Positions 22,011 to 31,575 of a stretch of DNA of 64,000 nucleotides are shown one piece after another (positions within the stretch are counted from its first letter, which is position 1; each line of letters begins with the position of its first letter). The position numbers and the translations under genes were made by a program. Origin of the DNA: a virus. The notes beneath the pieces were generated by a model, which did not search any database, was not told the origin of the DNA, and worked only from the letters and a program-made list of their open reading frames with translations. Where the stretch lies: the IMG/VR virus record IMGVR_UViG_3300031857_000105, positions 12,778 to 76,777 of that record. One strand, written 5' to 3'.

Positions 22011-23129
22011 ATGGCACGTTATAATACAATTATTCCAACAGCGACAGCGGCATCGGCTACGTCTATTACTTCGCCAAATTCAGGAGCTTTGGTTTCATTT
22101 ACAGGAACCACATATTCTGTAAGTATTGGTGATCCTGTTTTGTTTTCCGGCCTATCGCAAATTTTTTATAATGCTGCCAGCGGAACAATAACTTTAACTT
22201 TTACCAGTGTGGGAGCTGGAGTATTTGTTGGCCCAGGGGCTAGCGGTACTACAAGCCAATTACTAACAACTGGTTCCACGGTTACACTTTACTCTGACGG
22301 AACTAACTGGGTAGTACTCGGCGCCAGTGGCGGCCCAATATCAGGAAGCACTGGTTCATTTAGCGGTAACGTTACACTTAGCGGTACAACACCAACATTA
22401 AACTTAAACAATACTGCACCAACTATTGCAACTAACAACTCTGGAAGTACTGCAAGTTTATTTGATAGCAATGCTACAACGGTAAATGCCTTTGGTGCGG
22501 CAACAACAATAACTGTTGGTGCAACTACAGGTACCTTAAACTTACGTAATACCACAATCACTGCCGCCAATGCTACTACTCTTAATTTAAACGGTACTAG
22601 TCCTAGTATAGTTACTAGCAGTACTGGTACAGGAAGTGTGTTTAATACTAACATTGGAACAGGAAACTTATTCGGATCTGCTACAACGGTTAACCTTGGC
22701 ACTGGTGGTACAACTATTACCATAGGTGCTAGCAGTAGTGGTACAGCTACTATAAGATTAACAACGGCTAGTTCAACAACTAGTAACGGAGCATTAGTTG
22801 TTGCCGGCGGTGTTGGAGTTGCAGGACAAGTTACCTGTGCAACACTAGTTGAAACTTCAAGTATTGCATTTAAAGAAAATGTACAACCATTAACAAATGC
22901 GTTAGACGTAGTTATGCAATTAATGGGTGTTACATATGATCGTAAAGACAATAAGCGTCACGAAGCTGGTTTAATTGCAGAAGAAGTATTTAAATTTGCT
23001 CCTGAATTAGTTAGTTTAGATGCCGATGGCAAACCATACGGTATTCAATACACTAAGTTAGGCGCATACTTAGTTGAATCAATTAAAGTTTTAAAACAAG
23101 AAATTGATTTTTTAAAGAATAAGGAATAA
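22011..23129 (+). CDS. Tail fibre protein with C-terminal intramolecular chaperone (peptidase S74)
   Basis: C-terminal 'TSSIAFKENVQPLTNALDVVMQLMGVTYD...GLIAEEV...PELV...IQYTKL.AYLVESIK.LK.EID.LK' is the S74 auto-cleaving chaperone signature; Thr/Gly-rich shaft. Confidence 0.85.
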   Translation: MARYNTIIPTATAASATSITSPNSGALVSFTGTTYSVSIGDPVLFSGLSQIFYNAASGTITLTFTSVGAGVFVGPGASGTTSQLLTTGSTVTLYSDGTNWVVLGASGGPISGSTGSFSGNVTLSGTTPTLNLNNTAPTIATNNSGSTASLFDSNATTVNAFGAATTITVGATTGTLNLRNTTITAANATTLNLNGTSPSIVTSSTGTGSVFNTNIGTGNLFGSATTVNLGTGGTTITIGASSSGTATIRLTTASSTTSNGALVVAGGVGVAGQVTCATLVETSSIAFKENVQPLTNALDVVMQLMGVTYDRKDNKRHEAGLIAEEVFKFAPELVSLDADGKPYGIQYTKLGAYLVESIKVLKQEIDFLKNKE

Positions 23130-23133
23130 AAAC

Positions 23134-23565
23134 ATGGCAAATTTACAAGCAACAGATGTCGGCGGTACACTAACCTCGCTAAGGTTAGAAAATACAACTA
23201 CTGTTAGTAAAACTTTACAATTAGCCGATCGAGATAGAGTAGTATCGTGTAACAACACATCATCAATTACAATTACTGTACCAGCAGACGGCACTGTTGC
23301 CTTTCCGGTAGGGTCAGTTGTATATATTAATAAAGTAAACAATGGGGCTGTACAACTAGCAGCCGAAGGTGGTGTGTCATTATCACGAACTGGTACACTT
23401 GCTCTAAATGAAGAAATGTTTGTAAGAAAAAGAGCTGCCAATACTTGGATAGTAGTAGATTCTGCAACTGCACTTACTTACACCGGCGGTACAGTTTCAC
23501 AAGCTGGATCATTTACTGTAAGATCATTCACCTCTGCAGGTGCTAGTACATTTACTATATCATAA
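23134..23565 (+). CDS. Putative tail-fibre-associated protein
   Basis: 'ITITVPAD..VAFPVGS...GAVQLAA..GVSL...NTWIV' module typical of phage fibre genes. Confidence 0.5.
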   Translation: MANLQATDVGGTLTSLRLENTTTVSKTLQLADRDRVVSCNNTSSITITVPADGTVAFPVGSVVYINKVNNGAVQLAAEGGVSLSRTGTLALNEEMFVRKRAANTWIVVDSATALTYTGGTVSQAGSFTVRSFTSAGASTFTIS

Positions 23566-23584
23566 TTAATTTCACGAGGTCAAC

Positions 23585-24583
23585 ATGCCAATAATTAAAA
23601 GTTTAAGAAAAAAACACAATCCAAAAGAAAATGAAAACGTTTCTTACTCGCCGCCTTTAAAGATAACAGGCGGCGACAAGGTTTATACTGCGGGCGGATA
23701 TACAGTACACATGTTCTTAACGCCAGGGCCGCACCAATTAAAAATTGAACCAGTCAAAGATCTTCCAAAAGAAATGATGGGTTTAATTGTAGATAGAACT
23801 TTAGAAGTGTTAATGGTGGGCGCAGGTGGTGCAGGTGGCGGTTATTCCGGTGGTGGTGGTGGTGGCGAAGTATTATACATTAGTCGAAATGTAGGAACTG
23901 GAACATTCCCGTTAAACGTTGCTCCGGCTACTAGTGGAGATAACGGTGCGTGGTCTGCTGCCAAGTGCGGAACAGGTACAACTGGTTTTGGAGAAACTGC
24001 TAAAGGCGGTGGCTCAGGAAGAGCATCAGACGATAGTATTCCTGCGAACCCTTACACTCCCGTTGCTAACGGTGGCGCAGGATCTTCAAGAACTGCTGGA
24101 TATTTTGGACAACAAGGAACTTCAGTAGGTACTGGTGTTACTAGACATGGCGGCTTTAGAGGCGGCCAAGAAAACAGCCCAGCTAACGATGCTCCTAACT
24201 ATCCAGGTCACGGTGGTGGTGGTGCTGGACAAAGTATTACTGGCAATACAGGTGGTGGTGGTAACGGTGGTGCTGGCGGCAGCGGAGTTTCATATAGTCT
24301 AACAGGAACTGCATTATTCTGGGGCGGTGGCGGCGGCGGCCAAACATACTACGGAGGCCAAGGCGGTGCAGGTGGTGCAGGTGGTGGTGCTGCCGGATCA
24401 GGTGGTAACGGCGGTAACAGCGGCGGCTCTGGATTAAATCCAGGTGGCAGTACTAATGCTGCCAGCTCAGGTGCGAGCGGCGGTGCAAATACTGGTGGTG
24501 GTGGTGGCAGTGGAAACGGACAAAACGGCAGTACTGGCGGCGGTGGCGGCTCCGGTGTTGTTATAGTTAGATATCCAACATAA
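23585..24583 (+). CDS. Glycine-rich virion protein (polyglycine adhesin-like)
   Basis: 'EVLMVGAGGAGG...GGGGGG', many GGxG runs, terminal 'GGSGVVIVRYP'. Confidence 0.65.
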   Translation: MPIIKSLRKKHNPKENENVSYSPPLKITGGDKVYTAGGYTVHMFLTPGPHQLKIEPVKDLPKEMMGLIVDRTLEVLMVGAGGAGGGYSGGGGGGEVLYISRNVGTGTFPLNVAPATSGDNGAWSAAKCGTGTTGFGETAKGGGSGRASDDSIPANPYTPVANGGAGSSRTAGYFGQQGTSVGTGVTRHGGFRGGQENSPANDAPNYPGHGGGGAGQSITGNTGGGGNGGAGGSGVSYSLTGTALFWGGGGGGQTYYGGQGGAGGAGGGAAGSGGNGGNSGGSGLNPGGSTNAASSGASGGANTGGGGGSGNGQNGSTGGGGGSGVVIVRYPT

Positions 24584-24589
24584 CCTGCT

Positions 24590-24997
24590 ATGCCCCTTTA
24601 CAAGACTAACAAAGATATTTTCAAAGACTTTGGAGAAGAAGTCTTTGATTATCGATTCAATAAAGAAACTCGATATATTTTAAAAACCAAAGACTGGGAT
24701 TATAAACGAGAATTAAAAGTCGAAGATGTTGAAATATGGGAAGTATTGTTTGAAGATAGTTGGGGATTAGGTGTATATGCGGCTTATGAACCTTACGCTG
24801 AATTTTACATGATAAAATATGCAGATAGCACAGGTAATCATGTGTACGACACACATTATGGCGCAGGCGCACAAAATAAAATTATGCAATTTATGGTTTC
24901 AAACAACATACCTTTTAATCTACACGATGTATATGTTGATGAAGATAAAACCTGGTTGTACTTTTCAGAATCTGAAAAGAAAATTATTATTACTTAA
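24590..24997 (+). CDS. Hypothetical protein (paralogue of 25463..25807)
   Basis: DWDY...EDVEIWE.L.ED...LGVYAAYEPYAEFY motif shared with the opposite-strand ORF. Confidence 0.6.
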   Translation: MPLYKTNKDIFKDFGEEVFDYRFNKETRYILKTKDWDYKRELKVEDVEIWEVLFEDSWGLGVYAAYEPYAEFYMIKYADSTGNHVYDTHYGAGAQNKIMQFMVSNNIPFNLHDVYVDEDKTWLYFSESEKKIIIT

Positions 24998-25021
24998 CAT
25001 AGAATTTACGGAGTTTACAAA

Positions 25022-25207
25022 ATGAACGAATCATTATTAGATTTAAATGACACAGATTTAGTCAGCGGTTATAGAGAAAATGTAACAAAGTTTTTAGCAG
25101 AACAGTCTAAAGATATATCAGAACAAAATATAGAAGAACGAGATAGATTAAATCTTCTTCTTAGTACGTATATGGCTGAAATAGTTAAAAGAAATATTGT
25201 ACTATAA
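25022..25207 (+). CDS. Hypothetical protein
   Basis: 61 aa with a GGAG RBS. Confidence 0.5.
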   Translation: MNESLLDLNDTDLVSGYRENVTKFLAEQSKDISEQNIEERDRLNLLLSTYMAEIVKRNIVL

Positions 25208-25468
25208 ATGATGGAAGATAATAATTTTTGTATTCCGTTGTTTGACAATGAAAAATTATTATCTCCAGCGTTTATTAAATCAAAAAGGTGGATTGTAAAT
25301 ACTTGCAAAGAAGAAATTTTAGCAAGCTCTAGCAAACACGTATGTTTTGAAAATCTTTTTCAAAAAAAGTTTAAAGCAGTTTTAACACCAAGTTGCTCCA
25401 CCGGATGGCAGCAGATTGAATTTACAAATCAAAAAGACAAGTCTATTTTTCTACTGACCTGGTTATAA
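25208..25468 (+). CDS. Hypothetical protein
   Basis: 86 aa, abuts the upstream stop codon. Confidence 0.4.
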   Translation: MMEDNNFCIPLFDNEKLLSPAFIKSKRWIVNTCKEEILASSSKHVCFENLFQKKFKAVLTPSCSTGWQQIEFTNQKDKSIFLLTWL

Positions 25469-25807
25469 ATTTATAGAGTTTATTGGTAAAACAATTTCGC
25501 ACTGATCTAAATATCTTTTTAATTCATCGTGCGAATTTAACCCATAAAAAGTTTTAAATCTTCTAGAGTCTACAAAATCATAGTAGACCAACAGATAGAA
25601 TTCAACATACGGATTCCAAGAAGAATAAATTCCAATATTATATGGATCTGTATACAATTCCTCCCATATTTTTACATCGTCTATTGTAATTGATTGAGAA
25701 TAGTCCCAATCAACAGTAATAATTGGCGGCGAGTTGTTTTGTATACACAGATCACTAGTTGTTCCGTTATTTAGAAACAAGTGATCTTTTAATACTAGTC
25801 TATTCAT
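25463..25807 (-). CDS. Hypothetical protein (paralogue of 24590..24997)
   Basis: DWDY...DDVKIWEELYTD...IGIYSSWNPYVEFY. The ATG at 25807 is preceded by GAGGG and is preferred over the TTG at 25825. Confidence 0.6.
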   Translation of the reverse strand: MNRLVLKDHLFLNNGTTSDLCIQNNSPPIITVDWDYSQSITIDDVKIWEELYTDPYNIGIYSSWNPYVEFYLLVYYDFVDSRRFKTFYGLNSHDELKRYLDQCEIVLPINSINL

Positions 25808-25828
25808 GATTAAAGATGCCCTCAAATG

Positions 25829-25841
25829 TATTTAATAAATA
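25829..25841. promoter_or_regulatory. Back-to-back TAAATA late-type promoter cores
   Basis: TATTTA-A-TAAATA between divergent genes. Confidence 0.4.
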
Positions 25842-25848
25842 TTTTCGT

Positions 25849-26472
25849 ATGCAAACTCCAAACAGAATACACTCATGGTTTTCAACTACTATATATTATG
25901 AAGAAATTCCAAATGAGCCACTAGTATTAAAATTAACTAGTAAGGCTCTGGAATTAAAAAAAATATACACTAGTAGTGCTACTGCTTGGCGATGCAGTAC
26001 ATTTAACACTTTAGATTTATACAATTGGGAAACAGACCAAGATCCTAGTGTATTAGAATTGATAGAAAAGTGTGCTAGAAATGTAGGAGATTTTGCTCAA
26101 TCTTTTTCTTCTGTCCCGCTAGATAATTATGAATTAGCTTGTACAGGATTTTGGTTTAATGTTGCAGAACCCGGTGCATACCAAGAGTATCATCAACATG
26201 CTAGTAGTCATTTTAGCCTTTGCTACTACTTGAACGTGCCAAAAAAATCTGGAAATATTGTTTTTAAAAGTTTTGAGTCAATGTTTGACATGTGCCCGTT
26301 ACCTATACCGGATCAGTACGTAAATACAAATTCTTATAAAACAGTATCTTATACACCATCAGCGGGATCACTTTTAATTTTTAGATCAAATGTATTACAT
26401 ATGGTTGAACAAAATCTTAGCGATGAGAATCGAATCAGCATTTCTATGAACTTTAATCTAATTAAAAAATGA
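25849..26472 (+). CDS. 2OG-Fe(II) oxygenase (TIGR02466-like, HxH type)
   Basis: WFN...YHQH.SSHFSLCYYL...LLIFRSNVLH.V..N.SDENRISISMN; alternative start at 25816. Confidence 0.8.
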   Translation: MQTPNRIHSWFSTTIYYEEIPNEPLVLKLTSKALELKKIYTSSATAWRCSTFNTLDLYNWETDQDPSVLELIEKCARNVGDFAQSFSSVPLDNYELACTGFWFNVAEPGAYQEYHQHASSHFSLCYYLNVPKKSGNIVFKSFESMFDMCPLPIPDQYVNTNSYKTVSYTPSAGSLLIFRSNVLHMVEQNLSDENRISISMNFNLIKK

Positions 26473-27137
26473 TACATTTTCCTGCAATTTGCGTAGATAA
26501 TTTTTACAGTGACCCGGATCGTATTAGAGAATGGGCACTATCTCTTGACTATAGCCCAGCACCAAACGGAAACTGGCCTGGAAAGCGATCAGAAAAATTA
26601 CACTTAGTTGATCCTAAATTTTTTCAAGATTTTTGTAGTAAGATATTTTCTTTGTATTTTGATATGGATAGCACTGATATAAAATGGGTAGTGCATACAC
26701 AATTTCAGCTTATCGAACCGTACGACCAAGATCCTAATTCAAAAAAAAATACTGGTTGGATACACTACGACGATGATACTATATTTGGTGGTCTTATATA
26801 TTTAAATCCAGACATAGATACAAATTGCGGAACGTCTGTATTTAGACAAGATAGAGAATCTATATCAAATGCTGATTTTAAAGAAGCAAAGCAAACTTTT
26901 TATATGTCAAAACGATATGCAAATTACGAAAATGTATTAACTGAGCATAACAATAATTTTACAGAAACTATAGTTTTTAAAAATTTATACAATAGATTTA
27001 TAAGTTTTGACGGCGAAACAGCGCACAAGGCAAATAGTTTTTTTACAGAAATTCCTAGACTGACTCAAGTGTTCTTCGTAGCTAAGTGTGACACTAATTC
27101 AACTTGGCCAATTGCTAGGCATCAGAGGTATCTTTAA
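26469..27137 (+). CDS. 2OG-Fe(II) oxygenase-like protein
   Basis: VDNFYSDPD.IR...WPGKRS...GWIHYD...GLIYL...GTS...YNR...FDG..AH...RLTQVFF. Confidence 0.75.
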   Translation: MIHFPAICVDNFYSDPDRIREWALSLDYSPAPNGNWPGKRSEKLHLVDPKFFQDFCSKIFSLYFDMDSTDIKWVVHTQFQLIEPYDQDPNSKKNTGWIHYDDDTIFGGLIYLNPDIDTNCGTSVFRQDRESISNADFKEAKQTFYMSKRYANYENVLTEHNNNFTETIVFKNLYNRFISFDGETAHKANSFFTEIPRLTQVFFVAKCDTNSTWPIARHQRYL

Positions 27138-27138
27138 A

Positions 27139-27762
27139 ATGGATGTTATAATGGAATTCACTACTCCTGTTGGAATGTTTTATTCTAGCAAGGATCTGGG
27201 CCAGCGCACATATGATGAAGTTTTAAAAATCATAGACAATCAAAATGAAGATGTGTTTGTTTACCAAAATATTTCAAAAACTACACCAGACAATTTACAT
27301 TTAAGACCAGAGTTTTCAGAATTTTTAAAATTTCTCGAAGATAAAACAAAAGCATTTTCTGAAGAAGTTTTAGGTGTTCGAATGACTGACTTATCCATAA
27401 GCGGCATGTGGAGTAACGTACATACTCCCGGTTCAAAACATCACAATCACCAGCATCCAAATTCTTTTATTTCAGGTGTGTATTATCCGGTTTGCCCTGA
27501 CTGCGAAGATATTGGAAATATTATTTTTGTAGATCCAAGGCAAGCAAAAAATATGGTCCAGGCAGATTTTTTTAAATCGTCTTGCATATCAAATAGAAAT
27601 ATTTGGGTAACTCCTGAGTCTGGATTATTATTAATTTTTCCTAGCTGGCTTGAGCACGGAACTGATCCGTTTATAGCTAACCCGGAAGATAAACGAGTAT
27701 CTATAAGTTTTAACTATCAACTAAAAAAATGTGATCAAAAAACAATGAGAATTTATGAATAG
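27139..27762 (+). CDS. 2OG-Fe(II) oxygenase (TIGR02466-like)
   Basis: MWSN...HQHPNSFISGVYY...FVDPR...LIFPSWLEH...RVSISFN; ATG 27139 has a GAGG RBS. Confidence 0.85.
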   Translation: MDVIMEFTTPVGMFYSSKDLGQRTYDEVLKIIDNQNEDVFVYQNISKTTPDNLHLRPEFSEFLKFLEDKTKAFSEEVLGVRMTDLSISGMWSNVHTPGSKHHNHQHPNSFISGVYYPVCPDCEDIGNIIFVDPRQAKNMVQADFFKSSCISNRNIWVTPESGLLLIFPSWLEHGTDPFIANPEDKRVSISFNYQLKKCDQKTMRIYE

Positions 27763-28381
27763 ACAACTAGTAATCCCAGCAGAAAATTCATTTATAGGAT
27801 CTTGGTTCTTAGAAGATATGTCTTTGTGCGACGATATGATACATTACTTTGAAACTTCTCCAGATAAATTAGACGGAGTAGTATATAGAGACGGCCAGCT
27901 AATTGTTGACAAATCAGAAAAAGACTCAAAAGATATAATGTTAGATTTTAAGGAAGAAATTACAAAACGATATGTTCGAGAACTGCAAAAAGTTTTAGAA
28001 ATGTACAAAATAAAATATGTAAGATCGGATAGTGTTGGAAAGTTTGGTATAGAATCTATAAATCTACAAAAATATGGGCCTAATGGCGGATACAAATTTT
28101 GGCATGCTGAACGAGCAGACGGCCATCCACCTAGTGTTTATAGACATTTAGTCTTTATGACATACTTGAATACAGTTAGTGACGAAGGCGAGACAGAATT
28201 TTTCTATCAAAAAGTTAAAGTAAAACCGCAGAAAGGGCTTACGCTAATTTGGCCATCTGACTGGACCCATACGCATAGGGGTATTCCTTCTATGACTCAA
28301 ACCAAATATATTGCCACGGGCTGGTTTACTTTCTTAAATAGAACACCGGGTGAAGAAGTACAAGCAGATAAAAATATTTAA
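27755..28381 (+). CDS. 2OG-Fe(II) oxygenase
   Basis: QKY.P.GGY..WHAE...LVFMTYLN...GETEF...LIWPSDWTHTHRG...KYIATGW. Confidence 0.85.
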   Translation: MNRQLVIPAENSFIGSWFLEDMSLCDDMIHYFETSPDKLDGVVYRDGQLIVDKSEKDSKDIMLDFKEEITKRYVRELQKVLEMYKIKYVRSDSVGKFGIESINLQKYGPNGGYKFWHAERADGHPPSVYRHLVFMTYLNTVSDEGETEFFYQKVKVKPQKGLTLIWPSDWTHTHRGIPSMTQTKYIATGWFTFLNRTPGEEVQADKNI

Positions 28382-28392
28382 AGGGAAAAAAT

Positions 28393-29022
28393 ATGGCGAA
28401 TATGGTTAATGGATTGTTTACTGGGGAGATTCAACCCTCATCGACAATTTGCGGTTGTATAGCCATATACAAAAATTTATGGCCTAACCCCGATGCAACT
28501 GTTGATTTAGTTAATTATCAGTGTAACGGTTTTGAAGGAGAAGTATTTTATGAGAGAGCAGGTACTGTAGGGTTAGGCGAAAATCAAAGACACAGGACTA
28601 ACAAAGTGTTGTCTCTTACTAACCGAGCAAACTTTAGTGATAATAAAGCACTACAAAGTGTACATAACCAATTTTATATGATGTTATTAGCCACAACAAT
28701 TCCCTACGCTAGAAAATTTAATATTCATGAAGGCTTGTGGCACGAGTCATACAGCATGTTGAGATATGATGTAGGCGAAGAATATAAAGTTCATTATGAT
28801 TCTTCAAGTAGTATGGGCAGAGTAATATCAGCAATATGTTATCTTAACGATGATTTTGAAGGTGGCGAATTAGAATTTCCTTACTTTGGTGTTAAAATTA
28901 AACCAGAGAAAGGAATGTTAGTATTATTTCCATCTAATTTTGCTTATGCACATATATCAAATCCTATTATAACAGGTTCTAAATACGCTCTAGTTACATG
29001 GATTAAAGATCGAGAATTGTAA
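28393..29022 (+). CDS. 2OG-Fe(II) oxygenase, prolyl-4-hydroxylase-like
   Basis: LRY..GEEY..HYD...ISAICYLNDDFEGGELEF...LFPSNFAYAH...GSKYALVTW. Confidence 0.85.
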   Translation: MANMVNGLFTGEIQPSSTICGCIAIYKNLWPNPDATVDLVNYQCNGFEGEVFYERAGTVGLGENQRHRTNKVLSLTNRANFSDNKALQSVHNQFYMMLLATTIPYARKFNIHEGLWHESYSMLRYDVGEEYKVHYDSSSSMGRVISAICYLNDDFEGGELEFPYFGVKIKPEKGMLVLFPSNFAYAHISNPIITGSKYALVTWIKDREL

Positions 29023-29039
29023 ACTAACAGGAATTAAAT

Positions 29040-29594
29040 ATGGAACATGATTGGATAGTTTGTGACACACTGTATGATCTAGCAGATTGTATAGAAATAA
29101 AAAAAACGTGTGTAAAAAACATTGATGAGAACATTATCGACGGGCCAGCGCACAATACCGTTAAGACATCTGAAGTTAAATTACTAAATTATAGACATGT
29201 TAAAGATGCCTTAGAACCTGCTCACGAATTTGTGTTGCATATTAATAAAAATTATTTTGGATTAGATATCCATAATGTATGTGACGGAGATGTAGTATTA
29301 CTTAACACATACGATTCAAAAAATAAAGCATCGTACGAATGGCATAAAGATGTAGCGTCCACTACCCAATTGTTTGATTTTAAATTAACAATGTTAATAA
29401 ATTTATCAGATGGAAATTACGAAGGTGGAAATTTGCAAATTTTTACCACTGGTGGCGAACAAACAATAGACAGTTTTAAGCAACCCGGAGCCGTGTGCAT
29501 TATTCCTTCATGGGTTCCTCACCGAGTAACTAATGTTACTAGCGGAGTAAGAACTACACTTTCTTATTTTTATACTGGACCCAAAATTAGATGA
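29040..29594 (+). CDS. 2OG-Fe(II) oxygenase (PKHD-like)
   Basis: YEWHKD...KLTMLINLSD..YEGGNL...IIPSWVPHRVT.VTSGVRTTL...GP. Confidence 0.85.
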   Translation: MEHDWIVCDTLYDLADCIEIKKTCVKNIDENIIDGPAHNTVKTSEVKLLNYRHVKDALEPAHEFVLHINKNYFGLDIHNVCDGDVVLLNTYDSKNKASYEWHKDVASTTQLFDFKLTMLINLSDGNYEGGNLQIFTTGGEQTIDSFKQPGAVCIIPSWVPHRVTNVTSGVRTTLSYFYTGPKIR

Positions 29595-30175
29595 TACAAG
29601 ATAATAATCATGTAAAACTCTTTTATAGTTTTCTTGACGAAACTACGTTAGATATTAATGTAAACGATTTAGCTGACTATTGCTATTTTGTTAAAAATAA
29701 TGATGGTGGCAAAGTGTTGAGCAATGTTGGAGGGTGGCAAAGTAGTAATTTAGACGTCACAATACCAGAACTTAGACCTCTAATTACCTGTGTTTTAGAA
29801 AGAGCCGAAAGCCTAATCTTAGAATACGACTTACCTAGAACTTTTAAAATTGATCCAATTTGGATTAACATTAACGAGAAGTATCACTACAATATGATCC
29901 ATGAGCATCCGAGGAGTCTGCTAGCAGGTGTGTTTTACGTAAAGGCACCAAAGGATAGTGGAGATTTAGTTTTTGTAAATCCTATTACAACTATGCAACA
30001 CTATATTGATCAAACACGGATAGAAAAATATAATCCATTCAACTCTTATAGTTGGGCAATAGAACCAGCTGACAATACACTAGTAATGTTTCCTTCCTGG
30101 GTGCCACACTTTACTCTTCCAAATTCTTCAAACGAAGACAGAATCTCAATTGCATTTAACATAAGTGAACGCTAG
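29591..30175 (+). CDS. 2OG-Fe(II) oxygenase (TIGR02466-like)
   Basis: SNVGGWQS...WININ...HEHPRSLLAGVFYV...MFPSWVPH...N.SNEDRISIAFN. Confidence 0.85.
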   Translation: MIQDNNHVKLFYSFLDETTLDINVNDLADYCYFVKNNDGGKVLSNVGGWQSSNLDVTIPELRPLITCVLERAESLILEYDLPRTFKIDPIWININEKYHYNMIHEHPRSLLAGVFYVKAPKDSGDLVFVNPITTMQHYIDQTRIEKYNPFNSYSWAIEPADNTLVMFPSWVPHFTLPNSSNEDRISIAFNISER

Positions 30176-30941
30176 TATGTTTGATATTTTTATTAAAAAA
30201 AGCGAAGTTATTTTAGATTGTTTCACAAATGTGGGAACAGTATATGATACCGCTAAAATTAATAATGCTGTACATTTTATACCAGACTGGTGGAAAAATA
30301 CACCTAAAGTACAAGAAGGGTGGGCTACTATTAAAAATTGCAAAGCCTTTAAAGATTACTATAAACATGGTATTGTGATCCCTTCTTGGTTTGAAATGGA
30401 AATTAGCTTCTTTGGTGAAGATGGTCCGGACGGAAAAGAAATAGGAATAAAATATTCAAACGACAATGTGGATATAACTAAATCACATAATCATTATCAG
30501 TTTGATAAGTTTACTCAACACGATGGAAAAAATCTAAAGATAATGTCCCCGTGGGCCTTTAGAACTAAAGAAGATATAAAATTTGTATGGAGTCATCCTG
30601 CTTGGAATACTAGAGAGTCTATGTCCTATCTATCAGCCCTTCCAGGAGTAATAGATTTTAAATATCAGCACCATGTTGCTATTAATTTTTTAATGATTCA
30701 GCCAATTGAACCTTTATCAATAACTGTTGAACCATTAGAACCTTTAGTAATGTTACACCCTATGACTGAAAAACGTGTTGTAATAAAAAATCATTTGATT
30801 TCTGATAATGAATACAAACGATTATTTGCTATTCAAGATCTAGTTTTAAAAAGAGATGTCGATGACGAAATTAAAGAATATGATAAGAAAAAATCGCTTA
30901 CAAAAAAAATAGAGAAAATGTCCTGTCCTTTTAAATACTAA
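30165..30941 (+). CDS. Hypothetical protein inside the oxygenase array
   Basis: 258 aa with IPDWWK...TIKNCKAF.DYY..GIVIPSW...KIMSPW...LPGVIDF; no recognisable HxD/E...H triad. Start may be ATG 30177. Confidence 0.6.
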   Translation: MNASMFDIFIKKSEVILDCFTNVGTVYDTAKINNAVHFIPDWWKNTPKVQEGWATIKNCKAFKDYYKHGIVIPSWFEMEISFFGEDGPDGKEIGIKYSNDNVDITKSHNHYQFDKFTQHDGKNLKIMSPWAFRTKEDIKFVWSHPAWNTRESMSYLSALPGVIDFKYQHHVAINFLMIQPIEPLSITVEPLEPLVMLHPMTEKRVVIKNHLISDNEYKRLFAIQDLVLKRDVDDEIKEYDKKKSLTKKIEKMSCPFKY

Positions 30942-30942
30942 T

Positions 30943-31575
30943 ATGAGTACTATACCTAACTATCAATTTGAAAACTTTATTGGCATTTTTGACAATGTCA
31001 TTGATGATAACGATTGTCAACGCATAATTGAACACTTTGAATTAGTGCAGTCCTCAAAGTTAAGTATGTCTAGACAACAGATAAATCCTCAAATTAAAAA
31101 AAGCCAAAAAGATACAGACAACTATTTTTTATCTGGTACTTCTGGATTTGCTAACCCGCAAGTTGAAGATATAATTTCTTCAGCAGACAGTTGGATATTT
31201 GAAAATTTAAAAACAGCAGTTTGGTCTTGTTATAATTTGTATGCAGATAAATTTGGGGTGTTTAACGACTTGGGAAAACATGCAATTTCAGGTTCGATTA
31301 AAATACAAAAAACTGAAAAAAGCCAAGGGTATCACGTGTGGCATTGTGAAAACGATTGTATAAAAACAGGTAACAGAATTGCCTTGGTTATTTTATATCT
31401 TAATGATTTAGATGAAGGCGGAGAAACAGAATTTTTATATCAGTCTTTAAGGATTGCTCCGCGTAAGGGCAGAATGATAATATGCCCTTCAGATTGGACT
31501 CATACCCACAGGGGAAATCCTCCTCTTAAAGATGAAAAATATATAATTACTACATGGATTGAATTTATAGAATGA
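30943..31575 (+). CDS. 2OG-Fe(II) oxygenase
   Basis: KIQKT...GYHVWHCE...ILYLND..EGGETEFLYQ..RI.P..G...ICPSDWTHTHRGNPP...KYIITTW. Confidence 0.85.
   Translation: MSTIPNYQFENFIGIFDNVIDDNDCQRIIEHFELVQSSKLSMSRQQINPQIKKSQKDTDNYFLSGTSGFANPQVEDIISSADSWIFENLKTAVWSCYNLYADKFGVFNDLGKHAISGSIKIQKTEKSQGYHVWHCENDCIKTGNRIALVILYLNDLDEGGETEFLYQSLRIAPRKGRMIICPSDWTHTHRGNPPLKDEKYIITTWIEFIE

Noticed and set aside
2938-23441. Many minus-strand ORFs (for example 19518..20096, 22289..22951) antisense to the fibre genes
   Set aside because: They are shadow frames of Thr/Gly/Ser-rich genes with biased codons; Val/Pro-rich, with no RBS or motifs
23820-24560. GGT/GGC tandem runs resembling a microsatellite or repeat array
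   Set aside because: Explained by poly-Gly coding; there is no repeat-spacer structure, so not a CRISPR array
1988-24583. Diversity-generating retroelement acting on the fibre genes
   Set aside because: No reverse transcriptase in the window, and no near-identical TR/VR pair differing at adenines was seen by eye
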